Shown piece by piece: positions 24,311-36,296 of a stretch of DNA of 64,000 nucleotides. The notes below the pieces were generated by a model, which was given only the letters and a program-made list of their open reading frames with translations, did no database searches and was not told the DNA's origin. Each line of letters begins with the position of its first letter. Position 1 is the stretch's first letter. The stretch is from contig JBNGIO010006379.1 in the NCBI GenBank assembly GCA_049999805.1, positions 997,971 to 1,061,970 on the forward strand, written 5' to 3'. Both the position numbers and the translations under genes were made by a program. Origin of the DNA: Folioceros fuciformis (Eukaryota).

Positions 24311-26484
24311 GAGCTTGCTTCTATAACCCTCCTCGTAATATTGTAAGTGAGTACACTATCTACAACTTGTTAGGTGGGCGGTCAAGGAATAGTATGCTGT
24401 AATAAAGCTTTTTAAGTACTCACCTATGTCATAGGGGCATGGCTTCATTCCCCTCATCATGGAGATTATTGGGAAGATTGAACAATCGTGAAGATTATTG
24501 GAAAGATTGAACAATCGGTAGAAAGCTATGCATGGCCCAACAGAACTTGAGTTGAAGTAAATGTTAATTATACAGGCACGGCTAGTTATGAGGTGCAAAT
24601 TTGTAGAGGAGTTGCCAAAATTAAATAGAATAGTGATTAAAAGGGCATGGATAGTTATGAAATATAAATAGGTAGAATGACATACGAGAGGATCGACATT
24701 TTATAGTAACGTAGGGAGGATAAGGAGATTTCTCGAGGAGAACTTCAACCAATCTCATTACTTACGAGAAAAGCTCGAGCAAGGTGAAGAAGATCAACGT
24801 AATTGACAACCTCCCTAAAGTAAATTAGCAGCAAATTGGAAGTTGACACTTAGGCTTGACCTTTTCCGTGGCCGAGGTGGCTTAGAAAGGATTAAGGGTG
24901 GCCTGGAAAGGATTAAGGGTGGCCCATATCTTTTTTCAACTTCTACATTATAGAATGCTATCATTAGCTAATCCAGTCGTAGAAAGATAGTAATTATATG
25001 TCTATGGCCCCATGGTTGAGGTTACCAAGCTAGTGACAACTCTTTGCTAATAAGCTTCCTTTGGTCCACTGTTAGCATCCCTTCACAGTCAAGATTACAA
25101 TATGGTGTTTCTTCCAAGCATGTTTCCCAAATGCCGATCAATAGGATGACTTGTTGAAAGCCGTTGAGGAGGAATTTTGGAGGATGTGCCTAGTCAATGC
25201 ACTCCACAAGAACTAGCATTTGTTTTTTTGATGTGATTACACTTAAGCAATTTGGATGGAGATCAAGAGAAGCACCTGTTTTATCGGTGTGATTGCAATT
25301 AAGCAATTTGGATGGGGTCGAGAGATGGCTACAAAGTCTCTTTTCAACAACTAATATTGTGGTCATGGAGCATGCAGCCTTGTTTAGCCGAAATGAAGCA
25401 TCAGGCAAGCCGTTGTTTAAAAGTGAGTTGTGGAGCTCCAACCTCTATAGTTTATGGTTGAATTGGAAAGTAATGGCTTATAGAGGGAAAGCACTATTGT
25501 CCATCAAGGCCATGTTGTGGAGTATTTGGACTAGTACTCACCTTCTAACAGTTGCAAAAGGTTTGTGACTGGCTACTCCCTAGAAGTTTAAGCAAAAGGA
25601 TTGGAGGCTTGCTAGTCTTCTAAAGCGAGGGATAGATTTTTTGTGGAACCACTCAATGCATGTGGAGAGGTTAGTCTTCTCCGCTGTCCTCACATCTTCT
25701 AGGAAGGAGGTAAGGGGCGAGTAGACTAGTCTTCTTTCTTACTTTATAGAGGGGGTCTTGGTTTGGTCACATAACTTGGGCTTTATGCTCTCTTTTGATG
25801 TACTCTTCTAGTAGCACTATGCTGTCATAATCTGACTTTTCTCTTGCCAAAAAAACATTTTGTAGTAAGAAGTAGGAAGATCAATCTTTTGACAACTTGC
25901 AAGGAGGAAACGAACCTATGGAGGGCAAGAATGCAACTATTTTGGTTACTTTAGAAGGAGGTTAGTGTAGCTACGAGGGCATGATGCAAGATAGCTGCCA
26001 ATGTCGCAACAATGTCCCATTAAAAAGACTTCTGGACGTAATGAATTTGTTCCAACAAAACCCATAACATGTAGGTAGCCGCCGACTCTATGTACCCGGG
26101 TTGTGTATGTCATCTAAAAATGCAAGGTGGAGTCGTCGGCTGTCGTGTTGAACCACAAGACGCAACTCAAGCACATAATAGGCTGCTCGAGTATGGAAAT
26201 ATAGTACATGGGAAGCAGCTCCGAGCCGACGTGGGAACAGCACCCGTGGTCGCCATGTGGCGAGGAGTTGCAGCGGGAGGGTAGAATGTTTTGTTCCTTG
26301 CGTCCTCAAAAACGTCGCTAATAAGGCATGTGACGAGTGTGCACCGACGTGCGGGCGGCGACGTGGAACGGAACAGACCAGGATGAGCAGCGAAAGGGAG
26401 GGGGAAACGATGTGAGTGAAGTGAGGCCGAGACCGTGGCCGTCGTCTGGGACCGTCGGGGTCGAGGCCTGTAGCCGGGCCCACT

Positions 26485-26494
26485 CCCAACGGCC
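26485..26494 (+). promoter_or_regulatory. MSA (MYB3R-binding, mitosis-specific activator) element upstream of kinesin-5
   Basis: CCCAACGGCC matches the YCYAACGGYY consensus. Further AACGG cores occur near 26367, 26513 and 26626, and reversed near 26785. Confidence 0.55.
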
Positions 26495-27142
26495 GGGTGC
26501 AGCTCGGAAAGAAACGGAGAGCGGTACCGCTATCTTTTACCAGGCTTCACACCTCCCTGGGGCTCCAGCGGGAAGCGCGAGACAGAAAGAAAGGGAATGA
26601 AAAGATGGATGAACATTCCTGGGGCAACGGGCCTGCCAGGCCGGAGCGCCAGGGAGCGGGAATGGTTTGAAATGCATCTTCCATCTTCCTGCTTGCCGTG
26701 ACACTGTGTTGCCCGTCTCTTGATCCGCTTCTCACTCCCACACACGCTCTGCCTCTGTTCACCCTCGCATGCTCCCGGCCCGGACCGTTTGGAGCGATTC
26801 TCGGAGCTGCCCCAAATCGGGCCGCAGGGGTTGCTGGATCCATCGCCCCGCTTGCCCCACTCCCTGCGAACTGCGCTCCCCGCCTCTGCTCGCCTGCCTG
26901 CTCCCGTGCACCCCGCCCAGTCTGCGCCTGCGTGCTGCGCCCTGCGTTCTGGAAGCGGCGGATCTGGAGGCGGGAGCTGGACGGGATGCGATGCTGTGCT
27001 GGATCTAGGAGATCGAGGAAGCCCGAGCCCCAGGTGGTGAAGTAGCAGAGCAAGATTCAAGACGAGTTTAGGTTCACTCATGTCCGAGGGGCTGGTCCGG
27101 CGGGGGGAAGACGTGGAGCTGTTCCCAGGTCCGACCAGGACC

Positions 27143-30100
27143 ATGGCCAGTCGGTTTGACACCAAGGAGAAGGACAGGGGTGTCAATGTGCAGGTGCTGC
27201 TGCGATGCAGGTGGGGGACCGTTCTGCGCCTTGCCTTGCTCCTCGCGTTTGTTCCGCCTGCTTCGCTGTTTTGCCTCATTCGCTGGTTCCGGTGACATAA
27301 TGCAGGCCATTCAATGAGGAGGAGATCAGGGCCAATGCTCCCCAGGTCATTTCTTGCTATGAGCAGAAGAGGGAGGTCACCGTGTGCCAGAACATCGCAA
27401 GCAAGCAGATTGATAGGACATTCACTTTTGACAAGGTATAGTTTCATTCCCTGACCTGTAACGGTGTCGGGGGGACGGAGCCTCCCACGCATTTGCTTAT
27501 TATTTCCGCTGGACCTTGTCAATATCTGCTCAGGCTTTTGCCGCCAATTTGTCGTCTCACATTTGTTTGGCACATTCCAGGTTTTCGGGCCCAATTCGTT
27601 GCAAAAGGACCTGTTTGACCAAGCCGTGGTGCCAATCGTGAACGAAGTGCTGGAAGGATTCAATTGTACTATATTCGCTTATGGCCAGACAGGCACCGGA
27701 AAGACGTACACTATGGAAGGCGCGGGTCGGAAAGCTAAGGTGACTCTTGAGCTTGTGCAGTCCCCTTGCTCTGAATGGCTTTGCTGTGTTCCCTTGAGCA
27801 TCTAGTGCATCTTGATGCCACTGCTCCTCTCTGTCCAAGTTACGTAGCGTTCGTTGTTGTGCAATGGCGTGACTCATGTGTGCTCTGTGTTCCCCAGCAA
27901 GGGGAGCTCCCAGTGGACGCTGGTGTTATTCCAAGATCTGTTCAGCAGATTTTCGACACTCTAGAAAGCCAGAATGCTGAGTACAGTGTCAAAGTCACGT
28001 TTCTAGAGCTATACAACGAGGAGATAACGGACTTGCTCGCACCTGAAGAGTTCTCCAAAGTTCTGGATGACAAGCAGAAGAAGCCACTCGCCCTGATGGA
28101 AGACGGGAAAGGTGGTGTGCTTGTCAGGGGCTTAGAGGAAGAGATTGTCACCAGTGCGAATGAGATCTACAGCCTCCTGGATCGGGGATCAGCAAAGCGG
28201 CGTACAGCAGAGACACTGCTCAACAAACAATCTAGGTAAAGACCACAGCGTAAATGCAGCTGATACAAACCATGACTGTGCTCGCCATTGCTTCTCATCA
28301 ACCGCGTTGCTGCAGTCGCTCTCATTCCATATTCTCCATCACCATCCATATCAAGGAAGCAACACCAGAAGGCGAAGAGCTCATCAAGTGTGGGAAACTC
28401 AATCTGGTGGACCTGGCAGGCTCAGAGAACATCTCTCGATCGGGTGCTAGGGAGGTGGGCAGTCAATTTGTCTCTTCGAGTCGGTGCATCTTGCCAAACT
28501 GTCTGGTTACATCTAAGTTATACATCGGTTCTTTTGATAGGGTCGGGCAAGGGAAGCAGGGGAGATCAATAAGAGCCTTCTGACACTTGGTCGTGTCATT
28601 ACAGCACTTGTTGAGCATCTGGGCCATATTCCCTACAGGTCGGCCATCCTGCAAGGCTGCATATTCCGTTTATCTGCCCCTGCTTTGTGCTCATAAAGTG
28701 GGTTGTCCCTTTCTCAGGGACAGTAAGCTGACAAGACTTTTACGAGACTCTCTTGGAGGGAGGACCAAAACTTGTATCATTGCGACCGTGTCACCCTCTG
28801 TTCACTGTTTGGATGAGACTTTGAGCACGCTAGACTATGCACATCGGGCAAAGAACATCAGGAATAAACCAGAGGTACAGGAGTGGTTCATTCGTATGGA
28901 CTTGTGTTTCTGTGCTCAATTTTCCAATGGAGGATGCTGTTCTCTAAACACCGTTGTATTGCAGGTGAACCAAAAGATGATGAAATCGGCTCTCATCAAG
29001 GATTTGTACGGGGAGATTGAACGGCTCAAATCAGGTTATTTCTGAGGTTCTTGCTGTCCTCCCCGTAGGGATGGCTCTCCAGTCCGGGAGCTCAAACTTG
29101 CGCTGCTGACCTGCAGAGGTCTTCGCTGCCCGTGAGAAGAATGGAATCTATATGCCCCGAGAACGATTTCTTCAAGATGAAGCTGATAAAAAGGTAAATT
29201 CTAAGCGTGTGATTTCATCAGGAGGAATTTGCCTTCCAATCGACAGCTGCACAGGCCTGTGTCTTAAACTGTTGATTCCACAGGCTATGACAGAGAAAAT
29301 CGAGCAGTTGGAATTTGAGCTAGATTCAAGGGACAAGGTTAGTGCAACGGATGTCCGGAGTAGTGTGGGTTCATTGAAGTTTGTTAAAGCCACAGGGTTC
29401 ATTGAAGTTTGATGTATTCGCAGCAACTGGATGAAACCCAAGACCTTCTGGATAATCAGAGGAAGATCTGTGGAGAACTGACTTCAAAGCTGGAAGCAAC
29501 CCAGGTACATCATTCATGTGACATGCATTGGATGTGATCTGCAGTCCCATACTTGCCTCCTTCTTGTGTCAAAGAACACAGCCCTGATGTAGCTGCTCTA
29601 CCAGAGAACCTTGGAGCAAACTCAGGATGCTCTTCTTGAGGCTAAAGACTGCATCAAACAAGCCCAGTACTCTATCAAAGCTCGGGATTTTGTCATTGTA
29701 AATCATCAGCGTTCAGGTGCGTTTACGTTGCATCTGCACCGGCACGCTGCTCTGAAGATGCGGTCAATTGCTCATTGCTCCAGTTTGTTTTCTTTGCAGA
29801 AAATGTGCTTGTCGATCAGGCGGCACGCATCCGCTCCGAGTTGGACGCTACTGCCCAGGATGTGGCTGCCTTATTTGCAAAGCTTGGTAATCTACCTCTG
29901 GTGAAACTCCAATCTGCAATGCTTCAGTGCTTGACGGTTCCCTCCTGTGCTTCAATCTCGTCGTCGTCGAAGGCTGACCCACTTCTACATTCTTTGCAGG
30001 ACGCAAAGAGAAAGTCGAATCTGGGAACCGTCAAGTTTTGCAGAACTTTCAATCTGCCTTGTCTGCGCATGTGGACGCCCTCCGGTCAACTATAGTTGGT

Positions 30101-32305
30101 TCCGTAACCCAGCAGCAGGAGTATCTTAGGAGCATGGAGGAGCAGGTGCAATCAATTTTGGCCCACAAGGATCAGGTACTGCAAGGTGTAATTTGCGTTC
30201 AACTGTTGTCCGAAGTTGCAGAACAGAGTGACCGACCTGTCCGCATCTATCTGTCACTGTAGACTGCAGAAGAGTTACGGGAAAAGTTGAAGGCTATGAG
30301 GTCAACATACTTGTCTCAATTGGGTGTAGTCCACGGTGTCGTCAACAGTCATGCGACACTTTCCAGTAAAACCTTCGAAAAACTGGATTCTTTAGTTTCC
30401 TCTAACGCCTCTGCTCTCGAAAAGGTGTGTAGAATTGATTCCATTTTTGCTCGCTAATGGAGTTCAACGTCTCCTTGCCATGGCCTCACACTCTCAACGA
30501 CTCTGCAGCTGTTGGTAGAAGCAATGGCGGAGGCGGAGGTTCTTTTGAAGGGTCTGCAGGCAGCCCTTGTCGAGCAACAGCAGGAGGTTGCTTTGTTTGC
30601 TCAACAGCAGCGTGAGGTTTGTTTCATTTTCAAACTCCCTGAAGCTATCGTCAGTTAGTCTAGGTGTTAGACTCAGCCGGGTGGAGCATGTCTTCATTTT
30701 GAATTTGAACGTCCGTCAGGCTGCCCACAAAAGTCTGGAGGCAACAAGGTCCATTTCTGCAGTGATAGTGAGCTCGGTTGAGGACCTTGAGAAAAGAGCT
30801 TCAGAATTGAGTACCCACATCGATGAAAGTCAGGCAGACCATGATCAAAGGCTTGCAGAGCTGGCGGAATCTTATGATGTAAGCTCCTCCTGTACACTGA
30901 TTTTTTGCCCCCCTTTCCTTTCCGATCATCCCCCTCACGAAGGTCTGAGAACTGTATTGAATTTGCAGAATCAGGCACGGCAAGAACATGACTACTTGCT
31001 GGCTGGTATCACTGAGCTGCTTATCTCCTCCAAAACCAGGCAGACAGATGTGGTGAGTAACGACCGTCACTGCTGGTGTAGCGACGCATGGTATCTCGTT
31101 GCCTTGTGGGCTAAGTACCTCTTTGACAGGTACAAAAGCGGGTTGGTTCTTTGAGGCAACATGCGGAACAGGCGGCGAAAGAGTATAATGGACGATTGCT
31201 GGACATGCGAAATGTGGCATCTGGTGCACACAGTCGAATGGACGCCCACACAAAGGCAGCAGAGGATGCAGCTGAGGAAACAGCTGCTATGCTGACGACA
31301 AGACATGGTCGAATGGAAGATCTTCTTCAGCGGTGGTGAGAGTTGTTCGACGTTTCCATCGACTGCTCTTGCATCGTAACCACATGAGGAATCTTTGACG
31401 CGACATAAGTCATGCAATTGCAGCGTCTTGGATGCGACAACTGCTGAAGTACAGTGGACATCCATCCAAGGATGTGTCGCAGAGCTGGAAAAGAACCATG
31501 TACCTGAAGTGGCAGCTGTTGTAAGGTATGTATGCTTGCAGCTTTCTAGCCGAGTGAAAAAATATTTATCTTTGGCAGTCATTGACAAGACCCATGTTGG
31601 TCAAACAGGAACGGCCTAGGTGGGAACGAGGTTCTAGTCAGCCGATTTGACGCAGTCAATGCATCAACACAACTTCAAGTTGATACGAGTCATGCGCATA
31701 TTGGTGATTTCATTGGAGGTACGCTCCTGTCCCGGTGTGTGTGTGGTGGACATGTGTTCTTGACCCAAGTTATGTTCTGGCGAATAACGTTATCCTTACG
31801 ACGGTTGGCAGCTACCTGTGATCTGGAGCATGTATCAACTGCAAGGTTGCATACAGCCATTGCAGCCCAGTCAAATGCTGCATCTCATCTCCAAAGTTTG
31901 CACGACAATAGCTTGGACGAGATCCGGGGTCAAACAAGCTACTATCTGGTGGAGTCGTACAAGGTACTTGCAGACAAAACGGGTTCTTTTCAATACGTTA
32001 CCTAGTTGTTCTGCGGCTTGTGACAAAGTAACTGTTTACTTACTGTGATTTTGAATCAGGATGACTTGCCCACGTGTACCACTCCGTCGAAGAGATCCAT
32101 TGTGATTCCCAGTCAAGCAGCTATCGATGAATTACGCACACCAAGCATCGAGAGCCTTCTCCAGGAGTTCCGGGAGAGGAATGTGCCTCCCCAACTGGAA
32201 AGGGCTGATCCCGAAAATGCCACCAGTCGGGAGGTAAAGAGCTACCTGTCTGCTGAGAACTCGGTGGTGAGAGAGTCTCGCGTTCCTCTTACTCTTTTGA
32301 ATTGA
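27143..32305 (+). CDS. KIN5: kinesin-5 (BimC/Eg5/KRP125 family), multi-exon
   Basis: [26 protein letters not shown]-loop [34 protein letters not shown], coiled-coil stalk, and BimC box PTCTTPSKR near the C-terminus. Stop at 32303-32305. Confidence 0.97.
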
Positions 32306-32577
32306 CTGATTTGTCAATCGACTACAGTACTATATTAGCCGGATGTAGGAAGATACATAATGACGACTTTGTTTTACCCGGCTCTGCGCGTTTCTGTTGT
32401 GTCCAGACAAGTATTATTGTCTGTCGGACATTTGAGTTCAGAGCGGGCTGTAAATTATAGCATGATTTGCGCTTTGAAAGTGAACCCCAGCAGGAGAGTG
32501 GGTTTGTACTACACACTTACTTACATGTTCTTTTCGCTTGCTGCAAGTGCTTGTGTATTCTCGTCTCGAGTCTAGCT

Positions 32578-33666
32578 TCAAGCACAAAGCGCATGGCAAC
32601 TAAGGATAACGTCGTCAACCGACCAGGGGGCTGAATTGTCCGCGGCCAACAACGAAGTCCTCCACCTCGTTTCCGACGCATTACAGTGGGCAATACCGAC
32701 AGTGAAATTGCCCAAAACAAGTCCCAAATAGTTTCCTAAATCAACCAGGGAGCGCAGGCTCTTGTTGAGTGCGCAGTCGTAGAGGGGCCGCCAGGAGTCG
32801 GTATCCGTTTCATATACCGAGAGGCCCGCCAGATTTTGGCCGTCAGGTACAGGCCACAAGAGCTGCTGGTCGCGGACCACGAAGGGATCGAAATGTTTCC
32901 ACTGCTCAAACAAGTTCGAGGAGACGGTGTCCCACTCCCACCGTTCAGCACAGAAGCGATGCGTTCGGACGGGCCCCGACGTTCCAGGATCGGGGACACT
33001 GTGGCAAGGAACGAAGAGATGATGGCCGAGGGCCACCGCGGGACGAGGCCTTATCGAGCCCCAAGCTTCTCTCCCCTCTGCCAACGCAGGAGCATCGCTC
33101 CATAGATCATCTCCGACGTCGTAGCATTCCATGGCCAAATGCTCCGAGACTCCACCAGATCCACAGTCTCGCTCACCTCCGAGAACGTACAGCCTATCAT
33201 TGACCACGGCTGCCATGAAGTCCGCTCTAGCATGTCGCATCGGGGCAGCGTTGCCCCACTTACCGCTGCCGGGATCGTACACCGCCACGGAGTCGAGCGG
33301 CACGCCGTCCGCGCGCCCCCCGCACACCACCAGCTTCCCCTTAACGACTTGCGCCTGCAGCTGAGCCGCCCGGGACAGAGGCGAAGGCAAAGGTGCCGCC
33401 GGCATCCACTTCCTTGCCTGCGGATCAAACGCCCGCAGCGCTATGCTGGCAGAGTAGGAATCAGGGTAGGAGACATGGTTCCTGCTCACCAGCGCGTAAA
33501 TCCAAGGCTCAGCTAGCCCCGTCTCGGCTCGAGCTCGGGAGAAGTAGGCGCTTTCCAGCGCGCTCTTCCACACCTTGCACACTGCTCGCATTTGGCCATG
33601 AAAGCGGCGTGGCACGCACAACAAGCACAGCAATGCAACGTCTTCGGGCAGGCCTGGGATCAACAT
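32578..33666 (-). CDS. F-box/kelch-repeat protein, intronless
   Basis: F-box MLIPGLPEDVALLCLLCVPR..MRAVCKVWK and kelch repeats (LVVCGG..VYDP..KW..AAPMRHARADF, LYVLGG..ECYD..W). Likely start 33666; the ORF is open upstream to 33873. Confidence 0.9.
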   Translation of the reverse strand: MLIPGLPEDVALLCLLCVPRRFHGQMRAVCKVWKSALESAYFSRARAETGLAEPWIYALVSRNHVSYPDSYSASIALRAFDPQARKWMPAAPLPSPLSRAAQLQAQVVKGKLVVCGGRADGVPLDSVAVYDPGSGKWGNAAPMRHARADFMAAVVNDRLYVLGGERDCGSGGVSEHLAMECYDVGDDLWSDAPALAEGREAWGSIRPRPAVALGHHLFVPCHSVPDPGTSGPVRTHRFCAERWEWDTVSSNLFEQWKHFDPFVVRDQQLLWPVPDGQNLAGLSVYETDTDSWRPLYDCALNKSLRSLVDLGNYLGLVLGNFTVGIAHCNASETRWRTSLLAADNSAPWSVDDVILSCHALCA

Positions 33667-33949
33667 TGCCCAGCCGGATGTAGCTACCACTCGAAGCTCA
33701 GGGCGCAGGTACTGGAAATTGGGATGGATGCCTGCCCTAGTCAAATGCGGCGCATTCTGCTTGATCTCACTGGCGCCACAACATCGCGCCGCAGAGAGAT
33801 CTTTCGGGCGACCAAATTTGTAGCCGAGAGGTAGCCGCCGTTCACGGCATTCAACATGGTCGCCATCTTCCACGTGATTTGCAGTTCAGCAGATACGTAC
33901 ATCGTTTTCTGCTTTCACCCGTGATAGACTTGACCGCAGTTTGCACTCC

Positions 33950-35612
33950 AGCACAATGGCTTTCCGCTTTCGCCTATCATGGACTGGATTGTGTGTTGTG
34001 TCAAACACGATGCCGACACGGCACTAAGAGACGGGGTCCACCATCCGGACACCCAAGCGGGCCACTGCCTGGTGCTTCATGCACCTTTAGCCGAAAATTG
34101 CTTGAGACACCTGTCTGAAAACCTCGAGGCAGAAAATCGCACTATGTACAGTATGGATGCTTTTCCCCTCGGGGAAATGAAGCACATCCTTTTCCGGAAG
34201 CTGGCCGTGGCATTATGTGGACTGCTCCACTTCACAGACATGTTTACGAGGCTACAGGCTACAACCCCATCCACACGAAGTCCTGGCTGTACCCTGCACA
34301 CATAAAGCAAGTCCCGGAAGCCTGTGAGTACTCACACTGACACATTTGTGTGCCTACCTGCAAGCACAGGGCCAAGTTATCAGATCAGTGACGCCAAGCT
34401 GTGTGTGTCAAGCTGCCATGTATTTTTTCACTAAGTCGTGTTCCGAAGAAGACTCTGAGAGCATCCTAGAGACGGATACACTTTGCGTTTATGTTGTCAA
34501 ACTGTTTATACGGCCAAGTCCGCGTCACGACATCCTTGTTCTCTGATATGTGTTCCTGCAGTGGCTCCCCCTTCTCCAAGCCCGTAGGATCCACACTTGC
34601 CCTTGCCTGCTGGAGGCATACAAACGTCCACAGAATGGGGTGCAGCAAAGCACCTTGGTCTACGCTTCGTGCAGCCTGCGAGCTGGCACTCGCTGCATAC
34701 ATGTCCACGAAAGAACTACACAGAAACAAAGCAGGCTAAATACCACTAGTCTGGCAAGCACATCAGCATGCATCTGCTCTCCAGTTCCCGAGGCTGCATC
34801 TCTTGTCCGGGCCTATAGCTGCCACAAACGCAGGGCCATCTGGCTCCACAGTTGACCTGTGCGTTCCATGACACGTCTATGGCCTGGTTAGCATGTCCCA
34901 CCTTAACATCGGCAAGAGCTCATGGAAGACGACGTGAAGGCATCTGGTTCAGGAACCCCGGGGGGAACATCCATCGCTTTTTCCAACCTGACACGCATGA
35001 CAGGCTCGAAAAAATGGGGTTGCACGAGTATGTGTCCGCCTCGTACCACTACAGCGCGAAGACTGCGGCCCAGAGGCAGATCTTTCTTAAGTTATCCCCA
35101 CACTCCTTCAGGATGTGTCAACACAACAAGACAGTCGGCCCGAGCCAGCTTCACCTCTTCCAAGTTCAACAATGGTGCCAGCCTACCAGTCACTCAACTT
35201 GGCCTCGGCAAAGAACTCTATCAGAGTGAGATCGGCCAGGCATACGAAACAGGACGACGCAGGAGTGAACACCCTGACAGGCCCTGCCTGACCTACACAG
35301 GTCAGCTCGGGGCGAACCGAGCGCAACTCTTTGGCCGGCTCAAATTGTTGAACGGGAACAACTACTGTTGGACTGCCTGCGCGATCAGCACGAGTAGGAG
35401 CCGGGACAAGAAAGCATAGTCTTCAATGCTCGAGCAACCCCCGCACCGTGTCGATGTTGCACTTTTCCCGATGGCATGGATCTCCACAGGCGTCCCCTGT
35501 TCCAAATCCTTGAATTGCAGAACTCCCTCACAAGCATCAAAGGGGACGCCGGCAGGGGGCTGGCGATTGTGGAACAAACTCCAAACCCTGCCCGGAATGT
35601 CGAGCATGCCAT
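33950..35612 (-). pseudogene. frameshifted PLS-class PPR pseudogene
   Basis: Fragments in different frames: HILKECG..KDLPLGRSL, EADTYSCNPI, LEKAMDV..VPEPDAF, KVGHANQAIDV, FLCSSFVDMYA..ARSV and GLRVDGVVACSLVNM. Multiple stops and frameshifts. Boundaries approximate. Confidence 0.65.
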
Positions 35613-36296
35613 TCGAATCCAGAACAGAGCTTTCCACGGCTGACTGCCTCCACGCTGACAAAGGCCAGGGAACCATCCTCGATTCCAGAAAGGGCGAATG
35701 CGTCCTCCCATGCCCCATTCCATCCTCAGACGATGCGGAACATTCACCACGCAGCCATTGGTTAAACCATTAACCACATTACTAGAAGTTATATGACATT
35801 AGCTTAAATATCTAGAAAATCTTATTGCTTAGAAGTCTAAGCGTCCTAAGTATGCAAAGAGGAAAGCTGCATCTCAGAGATAAGAACATAAGAACTTAAA
35901 AATTGGACTAAGGCTGGGTAGCCAGGCACTAACCTCCCAAGACCTACTTTGAAGATACTTTAATATATTTATAAGAATGTTTAGATATTTCATAAAACTT
36001 ATTTATTTTTCATGTATATATATATGTATTTTATATCTAGAAGGTTCTCAATAAAAAGACAAGATGGATTCGAGAGAGATTTTGAATATCCGATCCCATC
36101 CCATCCGAGCATTGGATGCGAGAGGTGGAAATATGTGAACTGAAAATGGGTGGGAAGGGAAGGTGCGGGTCTGGTAAAGAAAAACAAAAATGAAAAGAAA
36201 AAAATCATGCAAGAGAGGGGTATTAAAAGATGAGGGTGATGACAATGGATGCCTGATTTTTGCATAACCCGAGAACGTACAGCAAAGTAGGCTATT

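Noticed and set aside
24900-25850. possible gag/zinc-knuckle remnant on the minus strand
   Set aside because: Too degraded to read a convincing motif; probably TE-derived but unclassifiable by eye.
26530-27663. 377-aa minus-strand ORF
   Set aside because: Antisense shadow of the GC-rich kinesin-5 leader and first exons, with no recognisable domain.
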